Of a DNA stretch of 64,000 bases, positions 38,366 to 46,723 are shown piece after piece. This stretch comes from an uncultured Acidobacteriota bacterium. Lineage in GTDB: Bacteria > Acidobacteriota > Thermoanaerobaculia > Gp7-AA8. The position numbers and the translations under genes were made by a program. The number at the start of each line of letters is the position of its first letter. Within the stretch, counting starts at the first letter, position 1. The stretch spans positions 1,248,001 through 1,312,000 of the forward strand of contig CAWGHO010000002.1 in the NCBI GenBank assembly GCA_963822445.1, written 5' to 3'. A model generated the notes under the pieces. The model saw only the letters and a list, made by a program, of their open reading frames with translations. It did not search any database and was not told the DNA's origin.

Positions 38366-39948
38366 CCAAACACCGCGTGCTGGTGACGGACACCCTCGCC
38401 GATTCCGGGCTGGAGATTCTCCGCGCCGCGGATGACGTCGAGCTGGATTACCGCGCTGGACTCAAAGGCGAAGACCTCCTGCGCGCGGTCCGTGAATCGG
38501 ACGCGCTCATCACCCGCAGCGGCACGGCGGTCACGCCGGAGCTGGTGAACGCCGGAACGCGCTTGCGGATCGTCGGACGCGCCGGCGTAGGTCTCGATAA
38601 CGTCGACGTCGATGCCGCGACGACGCGTGGGATCCTGGTCATCAACGCGCCGACGGCCAACATCATGTCGGCCACCGAGCACACGATGGCCATGCTCCTG
38701 GCGCTGTGCCGCAACATCCCCGAGGCTCATGCGAGCGTGAAGCGCGGCGAGTGGACGCGCTCGAAGTTCATGGGCATCGAGCTGAACGGCAAGACCCTCG
38801 GCATCATCGGTCTGGGCCGCATCGGCACACGCGTCACCGTGCGCGCCCGCGCGTTCGGCATGACCGTCATCGCTTACGACCCGTACGTCACCGATGCGGC
38901 CTTCGAGAAAGTCGGCGCGGAGAAAGTGTCGCTGGAGCGGCTGCTCGAGCAGGCGGACATCATCACCGTGCACACGCCGTCGACGGATGAGACGCGGGGA
39001 ATGATCGGTGCGCGTGAGATCGAGCGGATGAAGGACGGCGTGATCGTCCTCAACATCGCCCGCGGCGGAATCTACGACGAACAGGCTCTCGCCGATGGAC
39101 TGAACAGCGGCAAGATCGCTGGCGCGGCTGTCGATGTGTACGAGGCCGAACCGCCGGCGAAAGATCATCCGCTGCTGACGGCGAAAAACATCATCCTCTC
39201 GCCGCACATCGGCGCGAACACCATCGAAGCGCAGGACCGCGTGGCCGTCCAGACTGCGGAGATGGTGATCGAGGCCTTGCGCGGCTCGATTTTCGTGTCG
39301 GCGGTGAACCTTCCGTTCGAGGGAGTATCGGATGCCGACGCCGCGCCGCTGATCCGCATGGCCGAGAAGCTCGGCCTGTTCGCCGCGCAAACGATCGGCG
39401 GCGCCGTCGATCGCGCGGCGATCGAGCTGTGGGGCATTGAAGAGCGTTTGACGAAGATCGTTTCCGTGGCCGCGCTCAAGGGCCTGCTCACGCCGCATCT
39501 GTCGGAGTCGGTGAACTTCGTGAACGCCGAGCAGATCGCGCAGACGCGCGGCATCGCCATCAGCTCCACCACCCATCCGGTGCCGCGCGATTACGCGAAC
39601 CTCATCACCTTCCGCGTCTCATCGGCGACGGAAGAGATGTGCGTGTCGGGCACGGTGTTCCACGAGAAGAACCAGCGCATCGTGTCGGTGAACAGCTTCC
39701 GGGTGGAGTTCAAGCCGGAAGGGCATCTGATCTACATCATCAATCGCGACGTTCCCGGAGTCGTCGGCAAAGTCGGCACGCTCCTCGGCGACCGCGAGAT
39801 CAACATCGCCGAGTACAACCTCGCGCGCAGCGGCAGCGGCGGCCGCGCGATGGCCATCATCACCGTCGACTCGCCGCTCGATCCGGATACGCTCAGCTTT
39901 CTGCGGTCGTACCGGGAGATGATCGAGGTCCGACAGGTGAAACTCTGA
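38362..39948 (+). CDS. serA: D-3-phosphoglycerate dehydrogenase
   Basis: GRAGVGLDNVD, GLGRIG, NIARGG, PHIGA, C-terminal ACT domain. Confidence 0.95.
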   Translation: MTKHRVLVTDTLADSGLEILRAADDVELDYRAGLKGEDLLRAVRESDALITRSGTAVTPELVNAGTRLRIVGRAGVGLDNVDVDAATTRGILVINAPTANIMSATEHTMAMLLALCRNIPEAHASVKRGEWTRSKFMGIELNGKTLGIIGLGRIGTRVTVRARAFGMTVIAYDPYVTDAAFEKVGAEKVSLERLLEQADIITVHTPSTDETRGMIGAREIERMKDGVIVLNIARGGIYDEQALADGLNSGKIAGAAVDVYEAEPPAKDHPLLTAKNIILSPHIGANTIEAQDRVAVQTAEMVIEALRGSIFVSAVNLPFEGVSDADAAPLIRMAEKLGLFAAQTIGGAVDRAAIELWGIEERLTKIVSVAALKGLLTPHLSESVNFVNAEQIAQTRGIAISSTTHPVPRDYANLITFRVSSATEEMCVSGTVFHEKNQRIVSVNSFRVEFKPEGHLIYIINRDVPGVVGKVGTLLGDREINIAEYNLARSGSGGRAMAIITVDSPLDPDTLSFLRSYREMIEVRQVKL

Positions 39949-40935
39949 ATGCACTACCGCAAGCTCGGCAACACGAACATCAGCGTCTCCGAGATCGGCT
40001 TCGGTGGCTGGGCCATCGGCGGACTGGCGGACGCCGCGGGAACGCCGCTCGGATGGGGACGGACCAGCGATGACGAGTCGCTTGCCGCGATCCGGCGGGC
40101 GCGCGAGTTGGGTGTCACGTTCTTCGACACCGCCGACTCGTACGGATTCGGCCGCAGTGAGTCGCTTCTCGGGATCGTGTTGTCGCGGCATCGCAACGAC
40201 GTCGTCATCGCGACGAAAGTCGGCGTTGCGCGCGACACGAACGGGAAAGTGCAGAAGGACTTTTCGCGCAAACACATCTCCCATGCCGTCGACGGCTCGC
40301 TGAAGCGTCTGCGCACGGACTACATCGATCTCTATCAGCTGCACAATCCGACGCTCGATGAACTGAAGCGCGACGATCTGCACGAGGCCATGGACCGGCT
40401 GCAGGAAGTCGGAAAGATCCGTTTCTGGGGTGTGTCGGTGACGACGCCCGAGGAAGGGATCGAGATCGTCAATCGCGGCTGGGGTTATGCGCTGCAGGTG
40501 CTCTACAACGTGCTCAATCAGGCGCCGGCGCAGGAGCTCTTTCCGCTGGCGAAGGAAAAGGGCTACGGCATCATCGCGCGCGTGCCGCTCGCGTCAGGAT
40601 TGCTGACCGGCAAGTACAGGCCCGACACCGTGTTCGCGCAGACCGACGTGCGCCAGAACTTCCTCACGCCGAAACGGCTCGAGGAAGCGATCGCGCGCGT
40701 GGATGAAGCGCGCTCGATCATCGGCGGGACCGCGCGTTCGCTTGCCGAGGGTGCATTGCGTTTCGTGCTGGCGAACGATGCTGTGTCGACGGTGATCCCC
40801 GGCGCGAAGAACGTGCGCCAGGTGGAGATGAACGTGGCCGCGGATGAAGTGCGGATCCCGCAGGAGGTCGTCGAAAAGCTCCAGCAGCGGCTCGGCGATT
40901 ACAACTTCTACCATCGGCACGGCATACGGATCTGA
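39949..40935 (+). CDS. Aldo/keto reductase
   Basis: FFDTADSYG, SLKRLRTDYIDLYQLH, PLASGLLTGKY, IPG. Confidence 0.93.
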   Translation: MHYRKLGNTNISVSEIGFGGWAIGGLADAAGTPLGWGRTSDDESLAAIRRARELGVTFFDTADSYGFGRSESLLGIVLSRHRNDVVIATKVGVARDTNGKVQKDFSRKHISHAVDGSLKRLRTDYIDLYQLHNPTLDELKRDDLHEAMDRLQEVGKIRFWGVSVTTPEEGIEIVNRGWGYALQVLYNVLNQAPAQELFPLAKEKGYGIIARVPLASGLLTGKYRPDTVFAQTDVRQNFLTPKRLEEAIARVDEARSIIGGTARSLAEGALRFVLANDAVSTVIPGAKNVRQVEMNVAADEVRIPQEVVEKLQQRLGDYNFYHRHGIRI

Positions 40936-41026
40936 GCCGGCGGGACGCCGGCGCAACAGCCGGCGAAGACGCCAGCGCTCCGGAGCGCCGCCGGCCCGGC
41001 GGCTGTACCGCCGGCGTCCCGCCGGC
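40936..41026. repeat. REP-like inverted pair, family B
   Basis: GCCGGCGGGACGCCGGCG ... CGCCGGCGTCCCGCCGGC. Confidence 0.8.
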
Positions 41027-41056
41027 AAAAAAACGGGGCGCCGAAGCGCCCCGTTT
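41027..41056 (-). terminator. Rho-independent terminator of the M6 protease gene, possibly bidirectional
   Basis: A7-CGGGGCGC-CGAA-GCGCCCCG-TTT between convergent genes. Confidence 0.8.
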
Positions 41057-41078
41057 CTCGTACTGCGATAACTGCGTT

Positions 41079-44000
41079 TTAGTGCCGGTACGTGAACGGA
41101 CCAGCCTGCGAGGTGTTGCCGGCGGCGTCGGTCGAGCTGACGTAGTAGGTATAGGTCGTGTTCCGCTTCGCGCCGCTGAACGAGCGGACGTGGCTCGTGA
41201 CCATGGCCGGATCGGAATCCGCGTACGTCGTGCTGCCGATGATGACGTCGCTGGTCGCCCCTTCGTTGGTGGTCCAGCGGATCTCGAACGCACTGCCGTT
41301 GATCTTCACCGCCGTGACGCCGGAGATGACCGGCGGCGTGGTGTCGGCGCCACCGTTGTTCACGTTGACGCTGATCGTGCTCGACGTACCGGAGTTGCCG
41401 GCCGCGTCGTACGCCTTCGAGCTCAGCGAATGCGAGCCGTTGGCGACAGAAGTCGTGTTCCAGGAGAACGAGTACGGCGCGCTGCTGTCCGTCGCGGCGA
41501 GAACGCCATCGACGTAGAACTCGACGCTGGTCACGCCGACGTTGTCCGTCGCCGAAGCGCTGACCGTGGTCGTGCCGGAGACCGTCGCGCCGTTGGACGG
41601 CGAGGTGATCGACGTCGTCGGAGCGGTGGTGTCGGCCGGAACGGAGTTGTCGACCGTCACCGAGATCGATGCGGACGATCCGCTGTTGCCCGCGGCGTCG
41701 TACGCCGTCGAGCTAAGCGAATGCGAACCGTCGGCGACCGCGCTGGTGTTCCATGAGAACGAGTACGGCGCGCTGCTGTCCGTCGCGGCAAGAACGCCGT
41801 CGACATAGAACTCAACGCTCGTCACGCCGACGTTATCGCTCGCGGAAGCCGAGACCGTCGTATTGCCGGAAACCGTCGCGCCGTCGGACGGCGAGGTGAT
41901 CGACGTCGTCGGAGCGGTCGTGTCAGGCGCCGGCGGAGTGGTCTGCGCGACCACGAGGCCGATGTTGTCGACGTACATGCCGCGCGTCGCCGTGCAACCG
42001 GTCTGGCAGGTGTAGGTGTAGATCGCGAACATGAGCTTGACCTGCGTCGCACCAGCCAGGCTGCTCAGGTTGACCTTGATCTCTTCCCACGAGAGATCGC
42101 CGCCGTCCTTGTAGAAGTCCTCGTTGCGCGTCCAGGACGCGCCGTTGTCGGTCGAGGTCCAGAGACGTCCGCGCGAGTAGTTGACGCACGGCAGCTCGGC
42201 CGCGAGCGAGAAGCGAAGCTCCTGCACGTTGGTGCCGGCGGGAATGAGGATGTTCGGGCTGACCCAGACTTCATCCGGGTTGGCGTACGTCACGCCGCCG
42301 GTGGTGACCGGAGCGCGGTAGCTGTTGCCACGCGCGGCGGTCGGGTGCGCCACGAGCGACCAGTCGCCGTGACGGACTGCCGAGGTGCACGCGCTGGGAA
42401 CGAAGCTCGTCGCGGACGTCCAGCCGGCCTTCGCCTGCGCGTCGCCGTCGTCGAACCAGAGGTAGTTGCGGTTGGTCGGCTTGTCGAACGAGCCGCTGGT
42501 CAGGTTCACGCCGCCGACGGAGATCACGTAGTTGAACGACGCGCTCTGGCAGGTGTTGCAGTTCAGCGTCACCGGGAAGCTGAACTCCGCGGTCTGACCC
42601 GGCGCGAGCGAGGCAACCGTCGCCGGCGACGAACCGCCGACAACCGCGTTCGCGGACGCGAGGGTGACGGCGATGTTGCTGGCCGCTGCGCCGGCGCAGG
42701 TGGAGTTGGTTACGCTGACGGTGATCGTGGCGTTCTCGCCATAGTCGATCCACTCGTCGCCGTCGCCACCGGCAGTGCTGGCGCCGGCATAGCTGACGTG
42801 CGCGGTGGTGGCCGTGCCGTAGACGAACGACATCGACGACGATTCAGCGCTGATGCAGCGAACGTCCTTGATGCCCGAGGCGCCGCCGGCGTTGAGCTTG
42901 TTGTGCGGATCGGTCGTCGCGGTGAAGGAAGCCTGGTTGTCGTCGGCCGACAGCGCGGCGCCCGAAACCGGCGCGTTCAGGCCGGTGGTCGTGTTCGCCC
43001 AGCCCTTGCGGAGGACGTTGGCCTGGTACGGATACGTGCTGTTGCCGCCGCCGGAAACGGAACGGTCGCGGTGCCAGATGACCAGGCCGAACTCGGGGAG
43101 GAACTTCTCGTAGTAGCCGACCGCGGCACGGTTCTCGACCATGAACCACTCGTCGACGTCGTTCGGCGACTTCACGCGATGGAGAACGTTGACCGGCGAC
43201 AGGCCACCCATCGGCGCGACGTTGTAGACGCCGTCGGTCGGATGAACGTCCTTGATCTCCGACTCGAGCAGGAAGCCGTAGCTGTTCGCGTCGGTGTCGG
43301 CGTTCAGCTTGATGTCCTGCTTGAGCGGCGTGCCCATGTGCGCCGGGTGCGTGCCCGACTTCGCGCCGTTGTAGCTGCCGCTGTCCATCAGGTCCCACTC
43401 GCCGGCCGGGACGGACTCACCGCCGGTGTCGTAGATGTCCGGGGCGCCGAGGGTGTGCAGGGCTTCGTGCGCGTAGACGCCGACGCCGAAGAACTTCTCG
43501 GTAATGGTCGGGGGATTGGTCGCATAGTTCAGGCCCGGATTGAACTCGGGCTCGATGGCGTAGATGTGACCGGCCGGGATGGTCTTGCCGTCGACGGCCA
43601 CGTTCACGCGCATGTTCCACTTGTGCGACCAGATGTGCATGTTGCCCGGATCGCTGCCGTCGCAGCCGGAGCCGTAGTACTCCTGTCCTTCGCGGGCGTG
43701 CACGACGAAGATCATCAGCTCGGCGTCGGAGATCGTGCCGTTGCCGTCGGTGTCGTACACCGAGAAATCGACGTCGGCGTTGGCCTGCTGCACCGCCCAG
43801 GTGATCAGGTCTTTGATGCCGCCGGTGCTGGTGCCCTTGTCTTCATCGCACTGGCCCATGGTCGTACCGGATTTGCCCCAGTAGGCCATCGTCTGCGGGT
43901 TGGTGTACCAGCCGTCATTGACGAGCGTGCCCGTGCCGGCCTGGCCGACACCGCGCTGCGCTACTTTGACGTTCCACTGGAAGCGGCCGTACGAGGCTTC

Positions 44001-44660
44001 CTTGTAGAAGTGATTGAGGCCACCCTCGACGGTCGGGTCGCCGAGGAGCTTCTGCCAGGTCGGGGCGGAGTTGTTCATGCCCGGGATCGGCTCGAAGCCG
44101 GGCTCGCCGGGGATGTTCGTGCCGTTGGTGTGCTTCCAGTCGGAGAACTCGACCAGGACCACCAGGACGGGAACGGTGGTCGGGGTGAGGTTCACAGCGT
44201 CGCTGCCGGCAGTGAAGCGGCCGGTGCTGCGGACGTTCTTCTTGGAGTTGCGGAAAAGCTCTCCGATCGAGCCGTCGTCCTGCTGCTCGAACGGCGGGCC
44301 GGGGAGCTGGGAGGCGTCGATGGCGGGACGAACGTGCTTGCGCCACGCCGACGGCGCCTTCTCTTTTCCGGGCTTGTACTTCGAGGGTTTGAGCTGATTG
44401 GTTTTGTGGGAGGCCGGGTCGGCGTACACGTACCAGCCGGTGGACTCATCACGGACGACGGTGTGTCCTTCGGCGTCCTCGACGAAGACGATGCGCTCGT
44501 CGCCGATCATCTTTGCCACGAACGGCGTGCCGTCGGGCTGGTAGTAGATGACCGGTTTCGGATTGGCTTTGACGGCGAACGCCTGCTGGGCGCCCGCAAG
44601 AGCGAAAACTACCGCCAACGCGACTGTCGCCAGCCGCGCGGTGCGCGAGATACCTGTCAT
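41079..44660 (-). CDS. Secreted M6 (immune inhibitor A-like) metalloprotease with Ig-like repeats
   Basis: Signal peptide, QPDG propeptide, IWSH, HEALHTLGAPDIYD, WDLMDSGSYNG. Confidence 0.9.
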   Translation of the reverse strand: MTGISRTARLATVALAVVFALAGAQQAFAVKANPKPVIYYQPDGTPFVAKMIGDERIVFVEDAEGHTVVRDESTGWYVYADPASHKTNQLKPSKYKPGKEKAPSAWRKHVRPAIDASQLPGPPFEQQDDGSIGELFRNSKKNVRSTGRFTAGSDAVNLTPTTVPVLVVLVEFSDWKHTNGTNIPGEPGFEPIPGMNNSAPTWQKLLGDPTVEGGLNHFYKEASYGRFQWNVKVAQRGVGQAGTGTLVNDGWYTNPQTMAYWGKSGTTMGQCDEDKGTSTGGIKDLITWAVQQANADVDFSVYDTDGNGTISDAELMIFVVHAREGQEYYGSGCDGSDPGNMHIWSHKWNMRVNVAVDGKTIPAGHIYAIEPEFNPGLNYATNPPTITEKFFGVGVYAHEALHTLGAPDIYDTGGESVPAGEWDLMDSGSYNGAKSGTHPAHMGTPLKQDIKLNADTDANSYGFLLESEIKDVHPTDGVYNVAPMGGLSPVNVLHRVKSPNDVDEWFMVENRAAVGYYEKFLPEFGLVIWHRDRSVSGGGNSTYPYQANVLRKGWANTTTGLNAPVSGAALSADDNQASFTATTDPHNKLNAGGASGIKDVRCISAESSSMSFVYGTATTAHVSYAGASTAGGDGDEWIDYGENATITVSVTNSTCAGAAASNIAVTLASANAVVGGSSPATVASLAPGQTAEFSFPVTLNCNTCQSASFNYVISVGGVNLTSGSFDKPTNRNYLWFDDGDAQAKAGWTSATSFVPSACTSAVRHGDWSLVAHPTAARGNSYRAPVTTGGVTYANPDEVWVSPNILIPAGTNVQELRFSLAAELPCVNYSRGRLWTSTDNGASWTRNEDFYKDGGDLSWEEIKVNLSSLAGATQVKLMFAIYTYTCQTGCTATRGMYVDNIGLVVAQTTPPAPDTTAPTTSITSPSDGATVSGNTTVSASASDNVGVTSVEFYVDGVLAATDSSAPYSFSWNTSAVADGSHSLSSTAYDAAGNSGSSASISVTVDNSVPADTTAPTTSITSPSNGATVSGTTTVSASATDNVGVTSVEFYVDGVLAATDSSAPYSFSWNTTSVANGSHSLSSKAYDAAGNSGTSSTISVNVNNGGADTTPPVISGVTAVKINGSAFEIRWTTNEGATSDVIIGSTTYADSDPAMVTSHVRSFSGAKRNTTYTYYVSSTDAAGNTSQAGPFTYRH
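41346..41924 (-). repeat. Intragenic tandem duplication (~291-bp period) encoding two bacterial Ig-like domains
   Basis: Two near-identical DTTAPTTSITSPS...AYDAAGN units. Confidence 0.9.
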
Positions 44661-44712
44661 TGATCCCCCTCGGAGTTGTGTTGATTGCTGAAGCTGAAGG
44701 GACGCCTACAAG

Positions 44713-44727
44713 GCAACCGGCGCGCCA
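44713..44727 (-). promoter_or_regulatory. Candidate sigma-54 -24/-12 promoter of the M6 protease gene
   Basis: TGGCGCGCCGGTTGC versus consensus TGGCACG-N4-TTGC. Confidence 0.65.
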
Positions 44728-44860
44728 GCTCTGCGCAGAAAGTTAAGTCATTGCCTGGGAGTGACTTAGCTTTTCGGCCACAAACCGATGGGGATCAAAA
44801 CTTAATCACAGACCTCCAAGGACGGGTCAAAGACCGGCCACAAGGATCAGAAATTGATCC

Positions 44861-46630
44861 TCAGTCCAGACGCACGTCGTCGACTTGTAACTGAAACGCG
44901 CCCGGCTTCGGCCCGCCGGCGATGATGATCGCGGTCATGTCCTTGCCGTCGATGCCATCGAAGCTGGCGATGGGGAACTCGTGCTCGGCCCATTCGCTGC
45001 CGGCCACGAACGACTTCATGAGCGGCGTGTAGCCCTTGCTCTGCGTGAAGATCATCACGCGGTAGGTCTGGCCGTCGCCTTTCGCGCGGAAGCGGATGGT
45101 CTTCTTCGAGGAGAGATCGGCGGGCTGGAACATCTGCTTGCCGGGCGTGAACATCGCTCCTGCCCACGCGTACGGAAGCGGCCCGACGATCTCGCCGGTG
45201 ATGGAAAGCGCGCCGTCGACGACCTTGATGTCCGCTTTCGACGTACCGCCGGCGACGGCGTCGGTGGTGACGATCCAGCCCAGGCCGAAGGTCGAATTCG
45301 TAGTGCCGTCGTTGAAGTCGCTGATCATTCCGCCTTCGACGCCCGCCGGTTTCGCGCCGTAATTCGCATTCGCCTCGGCGACGGTTTTCGCGTACGCCGC
45401 GCGATCGAAGGGAACGCCGCTCTTCCAGATGCCGGCGATGTCGCGCGTCGCGGTGATGTCTTTCGTCGGGTCGCCGTTGACGAGGAGGAGATCGGCGCGG
45501 CGGCCGATCTCGATCCGCCCGCGATCGTCGAGGTTGAACGCCCGCGCCGGAGCGCTGGTCGCCGCAATCAACGCTTCGGTCGGCGTCAGACCGGCTTCGA
45601 CCAGCAACTCCAGCTCGCGATGCAGCGCGCTGCCGTGCGAGGTTCCTGGATTTCCCGCGTCGGTGCCTGCGAGGATCGGCACCTTCGCCGCACGAAGCTG
45701 TTTGATCGCGTTGACCGCCGGCGAGTACTCGGGCGGCTTGCGCATCCGGAAGCCGGCCTTGAGCTGCTCGATCTCCGGCTTCGTCAAATACGGCACGACC
45801 CGCTTGTCCTCGACGAGCGGCGCCGCGCCGCCGGTTCCGCCCATGCTTTTCAGCACCGTGAGTGTCGGGATGACGAAGATTCCGCGCTTCTTCGCGTCGA
45901 AGCCGAACGCGGCGTCGGGTTGCTGGTCGACAGTCAGGTGAACGAGCGCGTCCGCACCGGCGTCGATCGCCGCGCGCATGCCGGCCAGCGTCCCCGGATG
46001 CACGACCGCGAGCTTCTTCCGCGCGTGCGCCGCATCGATGACCGCCTTCAGCGTTTCCTTGCTGATCGTCGCAAAGGAGGTTCCGTACGCGCTGCCGTCA
46101 TCGAGCACGATCTTGATGAAGTCCGATCCTTCCGCGATCCGCGCGTCGACGAACGCCTGGGCCTCTTCCGGCTTTGTGATCGTGGGAATGGGCATCCCGT
46201 ACTCGGTGCCATGTCCACCCGGCGCGGTGACGAGAATCCCCGCGGAGACGAGATCGGCGCGGTTCGTGGCCTTGCCCGCGGCCTGCTCCGCTTTCATCGT
46301 CTTCAGCAGATCGACGGTCGTGAACATGTCCAGCTCGGTGGTGACACCGAAGGCCAGCGCGGTCTTCAACGCGTCGCCCCAGGTATGGGTGTGCGAGTCG
46401 ATCAGCCCGGGCAGCAGAGTCTTACCGGTGCCATCGACGACTGTCGCGCCGGTGACCTTCAGCTTGCCGATCCCGGCGATCTTCCCGTCCTTCACCAGGA
46501 CGTCGCGCGTGCCGACGACCTTCTGTCCGTCGAAGAGGCGGACGTTCCGGAAAAGGGTGGTCTGACCCTGGGCGGCGAGGCTGGCGAGGAGAGCCATGCT
46601 GAAAGAAAGGCTGAAGAGCATCTTGCGCAT
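44861..46630 (-). CDS. Secreted amidohydrolase with C-terminal CIA30-like domain
   Basis: PGLIDSHTH, AGTDAG, GRRADLLLV; WIVTTDAVAGGTS. Confidence 0.85.
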   Translation of the reverse strand: MRKMLFSLSFSMALLASLAAQGQTTLFRNVRLFDGQKVVGTRDVLVKDGKIAGIGKLKVTGATVVDGTGKTLLPGLIDSHTHTWGDALKTALAFGVTTELDMFTTVDLLKTMKAEQAAGKATNRADLVSAGILVTAPGGHGTEYGMPIPTITKPEEAQAFVDARIAEGSDFIKIVLDDGSAYGTSFATISKETLKAVIDAAHARKKLAVVHPGTLAGMRAAIDAGADALVHLTVDQQPDAAFGFDAKKRGIFVIPTLTVLKSMGGTGGAAPLVEDKRVVPYLTKPEIEQLKAGFRMRKPPEYSPAVNAIKQLRAAKVPILAGTDAGNPGTSHGSALHRELELLVEAGLTPTEALIAATSAPARAFNLDDRGRIEIGRRADLLLVNGDPTKDITATRDIAGIWKSGVPFDRAAYAKTVAEANANYGAKPAGVEGGMISDFNDGTTNSTFGLGWIVTTDAVAGGTSKADIKVVDGALSITGEIVGPLPYAWAGAMFTPGKQMFQPADLSSKKTIRFRAKGDGQTYRVMIFTQSKGYTPLMKSFVAGSEWAEHEFPIASFDGIDGKDMTAIIIAGGPKPGAFQLQVDDVRLD

Positions 46631-46723
46631 GGATGGCAATGTAAGAGAGGTCGGGCGGAGGCGGGAGAAAGAAACGTCAGGGATTCGGGATGACAAAGGT
46701 AACGAGCAACGTTCTCCAACCGA

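Noticed and set aside
37291-39948. Apparent 885-aa aminotransferase-SerA fusion
   Set aside because: One extra C in CCCC (38309-12) explains it. The corrected frame gives a normal helical end and an ATGA overlap with serA, so it is probably a sequencing artefact.
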